DNA from: an uncultured Desulfovibrionaceae bacterium | Lineage (GTDB): Bacteria; Bacillota; Dethiobacteria; DTU022; UBA8154 | DNA length: 64,000 nucleotides | Assembly: GCA_964581355.1 (NCBI GenBank) | Contig: CAZOOA010000001.1 | Span: 46,922-110,921, forward strand | Direction of reading: 5' to 3' | Shown here: positions 47,900 to 58,792 of the stretch, one piece after another | How positions within the stretch are numbered: position 1 is the stretch's first letter | Layout: each line of letters starts with the position of its first letter | Made by a program: the position numbers and the translations under genes | Notes under the pieces: model-generated | Seen by the model: only the letters and a program-made list of their open reading frames with translations | Told to the model about the DNA's origin: nothing | The model's database searches: none

Positions 47900-49306
47900 A
47901 TGATTTTTACTGTAAAAGAAGTGTTGGAAATAACAGGCGGGCGACTCCTGGCCGGATCGGAAAAAACTACTATTTCCAGGGCGGTTATTGATTCACGGGA
48001 AGCCAGGGAGGGAGATCTATTTTTCCCTCTGGCGGGAGAAAAAACCGATGGCCATCATTACATATTGGATGCCCTGGAGCGGGGAGCTGCCGGTGCGCTG
48101 GCAGAAAACTGGGCCCTGGAACATTTTAAAGACAGCGTTTTCCCCGAAGGTAAAACCGTTGTGGTGGTGGAAGACAGCCTCCGTTGTCTGCAGGAGCTGG
48201 CCCGGTATCACCGTAACAGGTTCAATATCCACCTGGTCGCAGTGACAGGGAGTAATGGCAAAACAACAACGAAAGACTTTATCGCTGCGGTATTGGCTCA
48301 GCGGTATCATGTTCTGAAAACGGAAGGCAACCTGAACAACCATATCGGCCTTCCATTAATGCTGCTCCGTTTAACTGCGGAACACCAGGCAGTGGTCCTG
48401 GAAATGGGCATGAGCGGTTACGGGGAAATTGCTCTTTTAGCTTCCTTATCCAGGCCGACGGCAGGTGTAATTACCAATATCGGTGAAGCGCACCTGGAGA
48501 TGCTGGGTTCCCGGGAAAATATCGCCCGGGCCAAAGGGGAGTTGCTGGAGTTTATGGGCCCGGATGATCCGGTATATTTAAATGTGGATGACCTGTCCTT
48601 GCGCTTGATGGGTGAGAGGTTTAACGGACGGGTCTTTTTCTATGGTTTTGCTGAAAAGGCCCATCTCCGTGCCCTTAAATACTGGCCCAGTGAGCCTGGA
48701 TACTGCTTTGAAGCCCTTCTGCCTGGAGGGGGAAGCGAAACGTTCTGGATCCCCCTGCCGGGACAACATAATGTTTACAATGCCCTGGCCGCCACGGCTG
48801 TGGGAAACGGGCTCGGACTTACCGGCCGGGAAATCAGGGCAGGCCTTGCGGCGGCGGAGTTTTCAGGAATGAGAATGGAACGCACCCTGACAAATGGCGG
48901 TTACTGGATCATAAATGATGCTTATAATGCCAGTCCTACCTCGGTTAAGTCTGTCCTAAACTTCCTGGAAGAGTGGTCCGGCCCCAAGAAAAAAATTGCC
49001 GTTTTAGGAGATATGCTGGAGCTGGGCAAAGATTCCCAGGAATTACACCTGGAGGTGGGGCGATATGTACAGGCAAAAGGAATTGACTTCCTTGTGACAG
49101 TTGGGGAACAGGCACGGTTTATTGCCCGGGGTGCTGTTCAGGCAGGCTTTCCCCGGGAGTTAGTGTTCTGTTGCCCGGACGTGGAAGAGGCTGTTTCGTG
49201 CCTGGATGTTTTGCTGGAGAAAGAAGCGGTACTATTAATCAAAGGATCCAGGGGAATGAGGCTGGAGAGGATTGCGGAATCGTTGATTGGCCAGTATAAT
49301 GGTTAA
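47900..49306 (+). CDS. murF: UDP-N-acetylmuramoyl-tripeptide--D-alanyl-D-alanine ligase
   Basis: The 468-aa ORF has the Mur ligase P-loop GSNGKTTTKD. Confidence 0.9.
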   Translation: MIFTVKEVLEITGGRLLAGSEKTTISRAVIDSREAREGDLFFPLAGEKTDGHHYILDALERGAAGALAENWALEHFKDSVFPEGKTVVVVEDSLRCLQELARYHRNRFNIHLVAVTGSNGKTTTKDFIAAVLAQRYHVLKTEGNLNNHIGLPLMLLRLTAEHQAVVLEMGMSGYGEIALLASLSRPTAGVITNIGEAHLEMLGSRENIARAKGELLEFMGPDDPVYLNVDDLSLRLMGERFNGRVFFYGFAEKAHLRALKYWPSEPGYCFEALLPGGGSETFWIPLPGQHNVYNALAATAVGNGLGLTGREIRAGLAAAEFSGMRMERTLTNGGYWIINDAYNASPTSVKSVLNFLEEWSGPKKKIAVLGDMLELGKDSQELHLEVGRYVQAKGIDFLVTVGEQARFIARGAVQAGFPRELVFCCPDVEEAVSCLDVLLEKEAVLLIKGSRGMRLERIAESLIGQYNG

Positions 49307-49365
49307 GTGGGTTTCGTTTTATTGAAAAAAAATTAACAGGATAACTATCAACCAGGGAGGGTATT

Positions 49366-50325
49366 ATGGGACCTGTTTATCTGGCAGCTATATTTGCCTT
49401 TTTAATCAGTTTAGCCATCGCGCCAATTTATATCCGGCTTTCAAAAAAGTATCAGTTTGGGCAGCAGATCAGGCTGGATGGTCCCAGGCAGCACCTGCAA
49501 AAAGCGGGAACCCCAACCATGGGTGGCATCATTTTTCTCGGTTCTTTTTTCATTACAACCATTTGGTTTGCCCCGGGCTCACCGATGGTCATTCTTGCTG
49601 TGCTGCTGATCATGATCAGTGCCTTTTTGGGATTTCTTGATGACTTCCGAAAAGTGGTCCGCAATCATTCCCTGGGACTCAAGGCCCGGCAGAAGCTTTT
49701 CGGGCAGCTTTTGTTTTCCATCGGCTTTTACCTGGCACTTGCCTACCTGGGACACTCCACAGCCGTTTCCATCCCTTTCACAGCTATCCAGGTGGAACTG
49801 GGTCTTTTTTACCCGGTCCTGATATTTTTAATGATTACCGGGACGTCTAATGCCGTAAACCTGACAGATGGAATCGATGGACTGGCTGCGGGAACGGCCA
49901 TTTTGGCTTTTTTGGCTTTTCTGTTTATTGCCGCCAGCCAGGGAGCTATTGAGGTGGCTTATCTCTGTGGCATCCTGCTGGGAGCTTGCTTTGGATTCTT
50001 ACTGTTTAATATGCACCCCGCCCGGGTTTTTATGGGGGATGTAGGTTCCCTTTCCCTGGGGACAGCCCTGGCGGTGATCGCCATTATTTTAAAAGCGGAA
50101 CTCACCCTGGTAATTATTGGCGGAGTTTTCGTTCTGGAGACTCTCTCTGTGATTATCCAGGTGGTTTCTTTTCGGCTGACCAGGAAAAGGATTTTTTTAA
50201 TGAGTCCGCTGCATCACCACTTTGAATTAAAAGGATGGTCTGAGTGGCAGGTGGTAACGGGCTTTTGGGGGCTGGCTTTTGGTTTTGCGCTGCTGGGCCT
50301 GCTGGAATTTACACCATTGTTTTAA
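49366..50325 (+). CDS. mraY: phospho-N-acetylmuramoyl-pentapeptide transferase
   Basis: The 319-aa ORF has 10 TM helices and MraY motifs. Confidence 0.9.
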   Translation: MGPVYLAAIFAFLISLAIAPIYIRLSKKYQFGQQIRLDGPRQHLQKAGTPTMGGIIFLGSFFITTIWFAPGSPMVILAVLLIMISAFLGFLDDFRKVVRNHSLGLKARQKLFGQLLFSIGFYLALAYLGHSTAVSIPFTAIQVELGLFYPVLIFLMITGTSNAVNLTDGIDGLAAGTAILAFLAFLFIAASQGAIEVAYLCGILLGACFGFLLFNMHPARVFMGDVGSLSLGTALAVIAIILKAELTLVIIGGVFVLETLSVIIQVVSFRLTRKRIFLMSPLHHHFELKGWSEWQVVTGFWGLAFGFALLGLLEFTPLF

Positions 50326-50404
50326 ATTTGAGCAGGGAAAGCAGGCTGCTTCCCGGGTTTTTATGGCTTGTTTTTTGTACTTGGCAAAACTGGAGGTGTA
50401 ACCT

Positions 50405-51811
50405 GTGAAGTCCCTGGTTGAGGGAAAAAAGATCCTGGTCTTAGGGTTGGCGAGAAGCGGCTTGGCAGCGGTTCATTTGTTATTGAAAGCAGGCGCATCA
50501 CACGTTATCGCCAATGACTATAAAAGCTTGGAACTGCTCCAGGATGCAGTTGATTCCTGGCGCGATGAAACAAGGGTTACCCTGGTTGGGGGAGGGCACC
50601 CCGTGCATCTCCTGGACGGGGTGGCCATGGTGGTCAAAAGCCCGGGAATCAGGCCGGATCTACCGATCCTGAAAAAAGCATACCGGCGTTCTATTCCTGT
50701 ATACTCTGAGGTTGAACTGGCTTCCTGGTTCAGCCCGGCAGTGATCCTCGGCATTACCGGAACCAATGGAAAAACAACGACCACGTCCCTGGTGGGGGAA
50801 ATATGTAAAAAACAATTCCCTACAGTTCATGTGGCTGGAAATATAGGCCATCCCCTTTGCGAGGCTGTCCTTGCTGCATGCCGGGAAGACCTGATTGTGG
50901 CCGAATTAAGCAGTTTTCAGCTGGAAAATACTGAAACATTCCGGGCTCCAGTTGCTGCTATCCTGAACATCACCTCTGATCATCTGGATTACCATGGTTC
51001 AATGGAGCGGTATGTTGAGGCCAAGGCCAGGATTTTAGACAATCAATGCTTGCATGACACAGCCATTTTAAACTATGATGATCCCAACGTGCGAAGGCTT
51101 GCTCCCCGGGTGAAAGGGAAACGATTGTTTTTCAGCCGGGCGGCTGAACTGGATGCAGGGGTTTTTTTGCGCCAGGACCGCATAGTAATAGTAGAAGACG
51201 GAAAGGAAGCTCTTGTTTGCCTGAAAAAGGATTTAAAGTTACCCGGTCCTCATAACCTGGAGAACGCATTAGCTGCTGCGGGTATTGCCTGGTCCGGGGG
51301 AGTTAAAATAGAGCATATCGGCCAGGTTTTGAGCAAGTTTAAAGGGGTTCCTCACCGCCTGGAGTTTGTAGGAGAAAAACAGGGCGTTGCCTTCATCAAT
51401 GATTCCAAGGGAACAAATCCCGAGGCAACTTTAATGGCTCTCGGCTCTTTTGCAGGGAAAAAAATCCTGATCGCCGGAGGCCTGGATAAAGGGGCCATGT
51501 TCCAACAACTGGCTGAAAAGCTCCAGGATGAAAATGTTTCTAGCCTTATCCTGCTGGGTGAAACAGCGCCTTTGATTCAAAGGGCAGCACATAAACAAGG
51601 TTTTGTCAACATTTTCATGGTTTCCACCATGCAGGAGGCAGTTGAGCAGGCTTTTCAACAGGCTTCGGCAGGGGATACAGTTCTGCTTTCGCCGGCCTGT
51701 GCCAGCTGGGATATGTTTGCCAGCTTTGAAGAGCGGGGAGATGCTTTTAAAAGGGCAGTTTCACAAATAGAGGAGAGCTTTCATGATGAAAAAAGCCCCT
51801 ACAAAGCATGA
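50405..51811 (+). CDS. murD: UDP-N-acetylmuramoylalanine--D-glutamate ligase
   Basis: Has the P-loop GTNGKTTTTS. GTG start. Confidence 0.9.
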   Translation: MKSLVEGKKILVLGLARSGLAAVHLLLKAGASHVIANDYKSLELLQDAVDSWRDETRVTLVGGGHPVHLLDGVAMVVKSPGIRPDLPILKKAYRRSIPVYSEVELASWFSPAVILGITGTNGKTTTTSLVGEICKKQFPTVHVAGNIGHPLCEAVLAACREDLIVAELSSFQLENTETFRAPVAAILNITSDHLDYHGSMERYVEAKARILDNQCLHDTAILNYDDPNVRRLAPRVKGKRLFFSRAAELDAGVFLRQDRIVIVEDGKEALVCLKKDLKLPGPHNLENALAAAGIAWSGGVKIEHIGQVLSKFKGVPHRLEFVGEKQGVAFINDSKGTNPEATLMALGSFAGKKILIAGGLDKGAMFQQLAEKLQDENVSSLILLGETAPLIQRAAHKQGFVNIFMVSTMQEAVEQAFQQASAGDTVLLSPACASWDMFASFEERGDAFKRAVSQIEESFHDEKSPYKA

Positions 51812-52901
51812 AGAAAAAAAATCACCGGATTTCTCTATCTTTTTTACCGTGTTAATTTTAACCGGGTTCGGACTGGTGATGGTTTTTAGCGCCAGCTATA
51901 TTACTTCCCTTGAATCCCGGGGGGACGCCTTCTTTTTTCTTCGTCGCCAGGCGTTCTGGTTGATTCTGGGCCTGGTGGGTATGCTGGCAGCTTCCAGTTT
52001 TGATTATTGGAAGTGGCGTAAACTGTTACCTCTTTTGCTTCTTTTAAACTTTGTGCTGCTGCTGCTGATTTTTGTGCCTGGTGTCGGGATCGAAGTCAAC
52101 CAGGCCAGGCGCTGGATCGGTTTGGGCGCTTTTAATGTTCAGCCGGCTGAGTTTAGCAAGCTGGTCATGATAATTTTTTCAGCGGCTTTTTTAAGCAAAA
52201 AGAACCTGGATATGCAAAATTTTTGGCACAGCAGTTTTGTGCCGCTGGCATTTATGGGCGCTTCTTTCCTGTTAATCCTGCTACAGCCCGACCTGGGGAC
52301 GGCCCTGGCACTGGCCCTGGTGACTTTGACGATTATTTTTTCCGCGGGTATTCCCTGGAAACATTTAACGGCACTGATGGCAGCAGGTGTTCCCTTTGTG
52401 TTTTACCTGATGTTGAGTGAACCATATCGCATCCGGCGGATCTTTTCCTTCCTGGATCCCTGGGCTGATCCACTGCATTCCGGTTACCATATTATCCAAT
52501 CTCTTTATGCCTTGGGTCCCGGTGGGCTGTTTGGAGTGGGTCTGGGAAGAAGCAGGCAGAAGCTTTATTACCTGCCGGAGCCACAAAATGACTTTATTTT
52601 TGCTATTATCGGTGAAGAACTGGGTTTTCTGGGCGCTGTAACCATTATGCTGCTCTTTTTTATTCTGATCTGGAGAGGGTTTAAAACCTCTCTGCTGGCA
52701 CCTGATAACTTTGGCAGTCTTTTGGCTGTAGGAATTACTACCATGGTTGCCGTCCAGGTGCTGATTAATGTCGGTGTAGTCACAGGGTCCATCCCCATCA
52801 CAGGCATAAACCTTCCCTTTATCAGTGCCGGGGGCAGTTCCCTGTTTTTCACCATGGTTGCCATGGGAATTCTGATGAATATTTCCAGGCATTCCCGGTA
52901 A
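51783..52901 (+). CDS. SEDS-family peptidoglycan polymerase FtsW/SpoVE
   Basis: The 372-aa ORF has 10 TM helices and FtsW/RodA/SpoVE motifs. Its position between murD and murG is consistent with ftsW (spoVE in sporeformers). Confidence 0.85.
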   Translation: MMKKAPTKHEEKKSPDFSIFFTVLILTGFGLVMVFSASYITSLESRGDAFFFLRRQAFWLILGLVGMLAASSFDYWKWRKLLPLLLLLNFVLLLLIFVPGVGIEVNQARRWIGLGAFNVQPAEFSKLVMIIFSAAFLSKKNLDMQNFWHSSFVPLAFMGASFLLILLQPDLGTALALALVTLTIIFSAGIPWKHLTALMAAGVPFVFYLMLSEPYRIRRIFSFLDPWADPLHSGYHIIQSLYALGPGGLFGVGLGRSRQKLYYLPEPQNDFIFAIIGEELGFLGAVTIMLLFFILIWRGFKTSLLAPDNFGSLLAVGITTMVAVQVLINVGVVTGSIPITGINLPFISAGGSSLFFTMVAMGILMNISRHSR

Positions 52902-52910
52902 TTTTTAACT

Positions 52911-54026
52911 TTGAGGTGGACAGTTGTGCGCATCATTTTTTCTGGTGGTGGTACGGGGGGGCATATTTACCCGGCCCTGTCCATGGCCAGATATGTGAAA
53001 AAAAAAGTTCCCCAGGCCGCAATTTTGTTTATCGGGGCCGACGGGGGAATGGAAGAAAATATTATTCCGGAAGCAGGGTTTGATTTGGAAACACTGGCCG
53101 TGAAAGGTTTTTCCCGTAAGAAGCTGATTCATGCCCCTGCTACTATTTTCAGGCTCGGCAGTTCCTGTGCGCGGGCCAGGAGAATCATAGAAAAGTTTAA
53201 GCCTGATGTGGTAATGGGGACAGGTGGCTATGCTTCGGCTCCCACTTTACTTGCCGCATTGCTGGGGCGGAAAAAAACCATCATTCATGAACAGAATATT
53301 ATTCCTGGCATGACAAATCGTTTTCTGTCTCCCTGGGTAGATAAGGTGTGTGTTTCTTTTGATGCTTCCAGGGACTATTATAAAAATAAAAGTAATGTGT
53401 TGGTCACGGGCAATCCCAGGTCCAGCGACATGAAACTGCTAAGCAAAGAGTCAGCCAGAGAATCTCTGCGCATGGACAATAAATTGCCTCTGCTGCTGGT
53501 ATTTGGTGGAAGCAGGGGAGCAGCGAGAATTAATCAGTGTATGGTGGATTACCTGGAAAAATTAACGGAAAAAGGCAAGATGCAGGTATTGTATATTACA
53601 GGGGAAATATACTATGATGAGATTACTTCCCGGTTAGAAAAAAAACAGGTCTTTGACCGCCTGGGCGATCGGTTAAAGGTTAAGGCATACCAGCGGGAAA
53701 TGCCGTCCGCTATGGCTGCAGCCGATTTAATGATCAGCCGTGCCGGGGCGACAACTTTAGCGGAAATAACGGCCCTGGGTGTTCCATCTATCCTGATCCC
53801 CTCTCCCAATGTGGTAAATGACCATCAAAGAAAAAATGCCCTTTCCCTGGTCCGGGAGGAGGCAGCTGTTATGATCGAGGAAGATAATTTGACAGCACCT
53901 GCCTTGAAAGATAAAATTGAAGATCTGCTGGGCAGCCCGGTAAAGTTGAAGATGCTAAGCAAAAACAGCCGAAAGCTGGGCAAGCCGGATGCGGCTGAAA
54001 ACATTTTTAAGCTGATTGCTCTTTAA
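52911..54026 (+). CDS. murG: UDP-N-acetylglucosamine--N-acetylmuramyl-(pentapeptide) pyrophosphoryl-undecaprenol GlcNAc transferase
   Basis: Has the RIIFSGGGTGGHIYPAL motif. The start is TTG 52911 or GTG 52926. Confidence 0.9.
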   Translation: MRWTVVRIIFSGGGTGGHIYPALSMARYVKKKVPQAAILFIGADGGMEENIIPEAGFDLETLAVKGFSRKKLIHAPATIFRLGSSCARARRIIEKFKPDVVMGTGGYASAPTLLAALLGRKKTIIHEQNIIPGMTNRFLSPWVDKVCVSFDASRDYYKNKSNVLVTGNPRSSDMKLLSKESARESLRMDNKLPLLLVFGGSRGAARINQCMVDYLEKLTEKGKMQVLYITGEIYYDEITSRLEKKQVFDRLGDRLKVKAYQREMPSAMAAADLMISRAGATTLAEITALGVPSILIPSPNVVNDHQRKNALSLVREEAAVMIEEDNLTAPALKDKIEDLLGSPVKLKMLSKNSRKLGKPDAAENIFKLIAL

Positions 54027-54148
54027 CGGAAATTCGTTGGGACAAGTAATCTCCTGGGAACTTCATTTTCTCCTTGTGCATAACATGTAATATGGAAATG
54101 AGATTCTCTTCAGGGCGGCCGACTGTAAGATAATAGAGGTGAAAATCA

Positions 54149-55057
54149 TTGGACTGGAAAAAACAAATGGCGCAGGTTTTAAATACACCTCCTTTACTTG
54201 ATGAACCGATGCGTTTTCATACTTCCCTGCGAATTGGCGGTCCTGCTGAAGTGCTGGCTTTTCCGTCAAACCAGGATGAACTAAAGGCATTACTGGATAT
54301 TGCCCGGGGTGAGGATGTACCTTTTTTTCTTATCGGCCAGGGCACGAATCTCCTGGTTAAAGATGAAGGCATCAGAGGGTTGGTGATCAACCTGGCCCGA
54401 TTCAGCCCGGAGATCACGTTTTCCGACAGCACCGTTCGGGCCGGGCCGGGAGTTCCGGTTGTTAAGTTGGCGCGTCAGGCAATTAACAAAGGCTTGGGTG
54501 GGTTGGAATTCGCTATCGGTATCCCTGGAAGCCTGGGGGGAGCCCTTTACATGAATGCGGGTGCATATGGCCGCTGTATTGGAGACCTGGTCGAAGAAGT
54601 AACCACCATGGATTACCAGGGAAATAAAACAAAACGCAGCAGGAAAGAACTCAACTTTGCTTACAGGAAAAGTACTTTCCAGGAAGAAGGAAGCATTATT
54701 ATTGAGGCAGCCCTGGGGCTAGAGGCAGCAGACAAGGAAGAAATGTTAAATAAAGTTGCAGAAATACAAAAAACGCGCAAAAACAAGCAGCCTCAAAAAC
54801 CCAGTGCCGGTAGTGTTTTCAGGAACCCTTACGGTCAGGCGGCAGGTTTTTTGATTGAAAAGGCCGGCATGAAAGGGCATACTGTTGGAGGTGCGCAGGT
54901 CTCCACGCTCCACGCCAATTTTATTGTAAATCGAGGCGGAGCAACAGCAGGTGATGTCCTGGATTTAATAGAATATGTGAGGGAAAGGGTCCGAGCAAGC
55001 CGGGGTGTTGAGCTGGAACTGGAAATCAAGATTGTGGGAAAAGATGGTATTGAATAG
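54149..55057 (+). CDS. murB: UDP-N-acetylenolpyruvoylglucosamine reductase
   Basis: The 302-aa ORF has an FAD-binding domain and a MurB C-terminal domain. Confidence 0.9.
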   Translation: MDWKKQMAQVLNTPPLLDEPMRFHTSLRIGGPAEVLAFPSNQDELKALLDIARGEDVPFFLIGQGTNLLVKDEGIRGLVINLARFSPEITFSDSTVRAGPGVPVVKLARQAINKGLGGLEFAIGIPGSLGGALYMNAGAYGRCIGDLVEEVTTMDYQGNKTKRSRKELNFAYRKSTFQEEGSIIIEAALGLEAADKEEMLNKVAEIQKTRKNKQPQKPSAGSVFRNPYGQAAGFLIEKAGMKGHTVGGAQVSTLHANFIVNRGGATAGDVLDLIEYVRERVRASRGVELELEIKIVGKDGIE

Positions 55058-55068
55058 GGGAGATTAAA

Positions 55069-56352
55069 ATGGAGCGGTTTATCATTGAAGGAGGAAGCAA
55101 GCTTCATGGTTCGCTGAACATCAAGGGAGCCAAAAACTCCATGCTTCCGATCATGGCCGCCACTGTCTTGAACAGCAGCAGTGACAGTGTGGAACTGTAC
55201 AATATCCCAAACATCTACGACATGCATGTCATGAAGAAAATCCTGCAATCCCTTGGATATACAGTGGAATTTCAAAACAACTCTTTACTCATATCCCCGG
55301 GTAAAGCATTAAATTACTCGATACCCGATGAGCTAATGAGGGAGATGCGGTCATCCATTTTTCTGATGGGGCCGCTGCTGGCCCGTATCGGTCGGGTGAA
55401 GTTGACTTACCCGGGCGGTTGTTCTATCGGCCCCCGGCCCATTGATCTGCATTTCAAAGGGCTGGAAGCTTTAGGAGCTTCGATCCGTGAAGAAAACGGG
55501 TATATTGAAGCTTCTGCTTCCGAACTGACTGGAACGGAGATCCACCTGGATTATCCCAGTGTTGGAGCGACAGAGAACCTGATGATGGCTTCGGTTTTGG
55601 CCAAGGGGAAAACAGTAATTCATAATGCAGCCAAAGAACCTGAAATTGTGGACCTGCAAAACTTCTTGAATGCAATAGGATGTCAGATAAAAGGTGCCGG
55701 GACGGAGAAGCTTCGCATTGATGGAGTAAAGTCTGCTTCTGCATGCAGTTATCGGATTATTCCTGACCGTATAGTTGCCGGGACTTACCTGATGGCGGCG
55801 GCCATAACCCGTGGCGATATTACCCTGAAGGAAATTATCCCTTCTCACCTGGATGCTGTTGTGGCCAAGTTAAAAGAGGCCGGCGTTGAGGTTGAGGCTA
55901 CAGAAGACAGTTTGTCTGTACACAATGGTCAGTTAAAGGCTGTCGAAACTTTGCGGACACTACCTTATCCCGGCTTCCCTACAGACCTCCAGGCTCCCAT
56001 GATGGCCCTGCTAACAAAAGCGAGAGGGGATAGTTTAATTGTGGAAAGTATTTTTGAGGCCCGCTTTAAACATGTAGAAGAGTTTGTTAAAATGAATGCC
56101 CAGGTAACGGTCCGGGAACGAAATGCCTTAATCACTGGTGTAGATCGCCTGGTTGGGGCAGAGGTTGACGCCACGGACTTGCGGGCTGGCGCATCTCTTG
56201 TCCTGGCAGGTCTGGCAGCCGAAGGCACTACGGTTATTAACAATGTCTGGCATATTGACCGGGGTTACGAAGCAATGGAAAAAGAGTTAAATCAGCTGGG
56301 AGCACGCATCAGCAGGGTTAACGGCCCTGCTGGCAGTGTAGAGAATTTTTAA
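55069..56352 (+). CDS. murA: UDP-N-acetylglucosamine 1-carboxyvinyltransferase
   Basis: The 427-aa ORF has the EPT fold, with the active-site Cys in LTYPGGCSIG. Confidence 0.9.
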   Translation: MERFIIEGGSKLHGSLNIKGAKNSMLPIMAATVLNSSSDSVELYNIPNIYDMHVMKKILQSLGYTVEFQNNSLLISPGKALNYSIPDELMREMRSSIFLMGPLLARIGRVKLTYPGGCSIGPRPIDLHFKGLEALGASIREENGYIEASASELTGTEIHLDYPSVGATENLMMASVLAKGKTVIHNAAKEPEIVDLQNFLNAIGCQIKGAGTEKLRIDGVKSASACSYRIIPDRIVAGTYLMAAAITRGDITLKEIIPSHLDAVVAKLKEAGVEVEATEDSLSVHNGQLKAVETLRTLPYPGFPTDLQAPMMALLTKARGDSLIVESIFEARFKHVEEFVKMNAQVTVRERNALITGVDRLVGAEVDATDLRAGASLVLAGLAAEGTTVINNVWHIDRGYEAMEKELNQLGARISRVNGPAGSVENF

Positions 56353-56608
56353 AGATTACGTAACCTTCCACCTCTTTTACGAAATCTATTTGGCTGTTAA
56401 ATTAAGAATAAGATGCGGTTTCTGGCAGGACTTTTCTGCCTGGAAAAAGAATCTATGGTATATGGTAGTTTCCCTGATAGCCAAGCGCACAAGACGGCTT
56501 GTGGCGATTTTTCAGGAAAAAAAAGGCAAGGGTGCTTTTTGAAGATACTGAAGCGGAATCATCATTTCAGGAACGAAAAGAAAGCGACCGTTTGGCCGGG
56601 GGTGTTGG

Positions 56609-57412
56609 TTGGTGAACATGCAGCGGCAGTTGCCCAAAAGCAGCAGCTCCTATGGTCAACATACTTACATAGTTGAGCAGAAGGAAAAAAAAAGACTAAA
56701 AAATACTCTTTTATTTGTATTGCTGTTTGTCGCCTGTAATGTTTTTTTAATTCTTTTTTTGCGTTCGTCCCTTTTTGTAATTGAAACAATAGATATTCGC
56801 GGTTTGGAAAAGGTTTCATCCGGTGAAGTGAAAAATGCTGCCAGAATCCAGGAAGGGATGAATCTTTGGAAAATAAGCCCACCGGAATTGCGGGAAAGAG
56901 TTCTGTCGATTCCCCGGGTGAAAACGGTTGAGGTGGACCGGGTTTTGCCTTCAACTATAGTTTTCAAGATTGAAGAAAAACATCCCATCGCCCTGGTTTC
57001 ATATCACGGCTATTACCTGGAGCTGGCACCCGATGGCACTTTTATCGGCTTAAAGGATGGTTACCGGGGTGAACTCCCGTTGATCAGCGGCCTGCTCTGG
57101 GGGCAGATGGAGGTTGGCACATCGATTCCAGACCAGACCAGGGGGAAAATTATTGAAGTATTCTTGGCTGTCCTTAAAGAAAACCCATCTCTTCCCCTGG
57201 CGGAAATTAATGTAGAAAACCCGCAGAGAATTATTGTATATACTGGAGAGGGAATGGAAGTATGGTTAGGCAGCAAGGAAGACTTGTCGAAAAAGCTGGA
57301 TGTTTTGCAGTCGATTCACAACAGGCTCTTACAGGCCGGTGACGAGCCTTTTTCCGGCTACCTTGATTTGCGTGTGGCGGAAACTCCAGTTTTCAAACCA
57401 TTTGAAAAATAA
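56609..57412 (+). CDS. divIB: cell division protein FtsQ/DivIB (POTRA domain)
   Basis: The 267-aa ORF has a short cytoplasmic N-terminus, one TM helix, and POTRA plus FtsQ beta domains. It lies between murA and ftsA. Confidence 0.7.
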   Translation: MVNMQRQLPKSSSSYGQHTYIVEQKEKKRLKNTLLFVLLFVACNVFLILFLRSSLFVIETIDIRGLEKVSSGEVKNAARIQEGMNLWKISPPELRERVLSIPRVKTVEVDRVLPSTIVFKIEEKHPIALVSYHGYYLELAPDGTFIGLKDGYRGELPLISGLLWGQMEVGTSIPDQTRGKIIEVFLAVLKENPSLPLAEINVENPQRIIVYTGEGMEVWLGSKEDLSKKLDVLQSIHNRLLQAGDEPFSGYLDLRVAETPVFKPFEK

Positions 57413-57499
57413 TTTTTAGTGAAAAAGGAAATATATTATAAATGTGGAATATGTAAAAAGAATGGGGTTTTTGAAGGCCGTTACTTAGGGGGTGTCAGG

Positions 57500-58729
57500 T
57501 TGACTAGACGAGAAATCGTAGCAGGAATAGATATTGGAACATCAAATGTACGGGTCATTGTCGGGGAAATCGTTACAGACCGGGCAGTTAACATTGTCGG
57601 TGTTGGGACAAGTCCCTCAGAAGGAATTCGCAAAGGTGTGATTATTGACCTGGAAAGGACTGTCGAGTCGATTTCCAAGGCAACTGCTGAAGCTGAGAGA
57701 ATGGTCGGCACCAAGATTGAAGCAGTTAATGTGGGTATTGTTGGCTCTAATATAGGTTTGATTAATAACCGGGGCGTTGTAGCTGTATCCCGAGATGATA
57801 AAGAAATCACAGAACAGGATGTAGAAAGAGTCTTGCAAGCCGCTAAGGTTATTGCACTGCCGCAGGATCGTGAAATAGTTGACGTAATCCCTCGGGAGTT
57901 CATAGTCGATGGGTATGATGGGATCAGGGATCCCGTTGGAATGCTGGGTGTCAGGCTGGAAGTTGAAGCTATGATTATTACTGGCGCCATGACATCTTTA
58001 AGAAATCTTTTAAGGTGTTTGAGCATGTCCGGGCACGAAGTGAATTCCTTGATCCTCAGTGCCCTGGCTAACGGTGAAGTTTGTCTGTCCAGGGATGAAA
58101 AGGAATTGGGTGTTTTTTTAATTGACCTTGGTGGGGGAACAACGGAAGTGGCACTGTTTAAAGATGGGGTGTTAAAAGATATATCTGTTCTCCCTGTAGG
58201 TGGAGATCATGTTACCAATGATATGGCCGTAGGGATGAAAACCAATTTTGATGTGGCTGAAAAGGTAAAGACAGAATATGGATTTGCCGATGCCAGCATT
58301 GTAACAGATGAGCGGGAAATTGAAATTGATAGCATCAGCGGTAAAGAAAAGCACACCATTTCTGTAAAAGAGCTCTCAACTTTTATTGAGCCCCGTATCC
58401 AGGAAATCATGCAGTTGTGTAAAGGCGAAATGGCCAAGATGGGCTATAACCAACTGCCTCCCGGCGGAGTTGTATTGACCGGGGGTGTTTCTCTTATGCA
58501 GGGAATTACCGAGCTGGCTGAACACTACTTTGATAGCTCAGTACGGGTGGCCCAACCGGAATACCTGGGAGTAAAAAGCCCAATCTACTCTACAGCTGTA
58601 GGAATTATTCATTATGTCATTCGCAATCAGGGTAGCAGCGGATTTTACAGTAAGCAGGATGGCAAAGTGAGCTTTTTTGGTAACTTATGGAAAAGGGTGA
58701 AAACCTTCCTGGCTGATATTTGGGAGTAA
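57500..58729 (+). CDS. ftsA: cell division protein FtsA
   Basis: Has an actin-like ATPase fold (GIDIGTSNVRVIVGE). A TTG start at 57500 follows an AGGGGG RBS. The ORF-track start is 57419. Confidence 0.85.
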   Translation: MTRREIVAGIDIGTSNVRVIVGEIVTDRAVNIVGVGTSPSEGIRKGVIIDLERTVESISKATAEAERMVGTKIEAVNVGIVGSNIGLINNRGVVAVSRDDKEITEQDVERVLQAAKVIALPQDREIVDVIPREFIVDGYDGIRDPVGMLGVRLEVEAMIITGAMTSLRNLLRCLSMSGHEVNSLILSALANGEVCLSRDEKELGVFLIDLGGGTTEVALFKDGVLKDISVLPVGGDHVTNDMAVGMKTNFDVAEKVKTEYGFADASIVTDEREIEIDSISGKEKHTISVKELSTFIEPRIQEIMQLCKGEMAKMGYNQLPPGGVVLTGGVSLMQGITELAEHYFDSSVRVAQPEYLGVKSPIYSTAVGIIHYVIRNQGSSGFYSKQDGKVSFFGNLWKRVKTFLADIWE

Positions 58730-58792
58730 TCTTGCAGGTTCCGGCATCTATTTTTTGTGGTTTAATGTAAACGAAGGGGAGGTCTGGAAGCC

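Noticed and set aside
52365-52936. Minus-strand ORFs of 175 aa and 122 aa
   Set aside because: They are antisense to ftsW/spoVE.
56413-56676. 87-aa + strand ORF between murA and divIB
   Set aside because: It has no RBS or conserved features. The region is more likely the promoter/leader of divIB-ftsA-ftsZ.
57481-58026. 181-aa minus-strand ORF
   Set aside because: It is antisense to ftsA.
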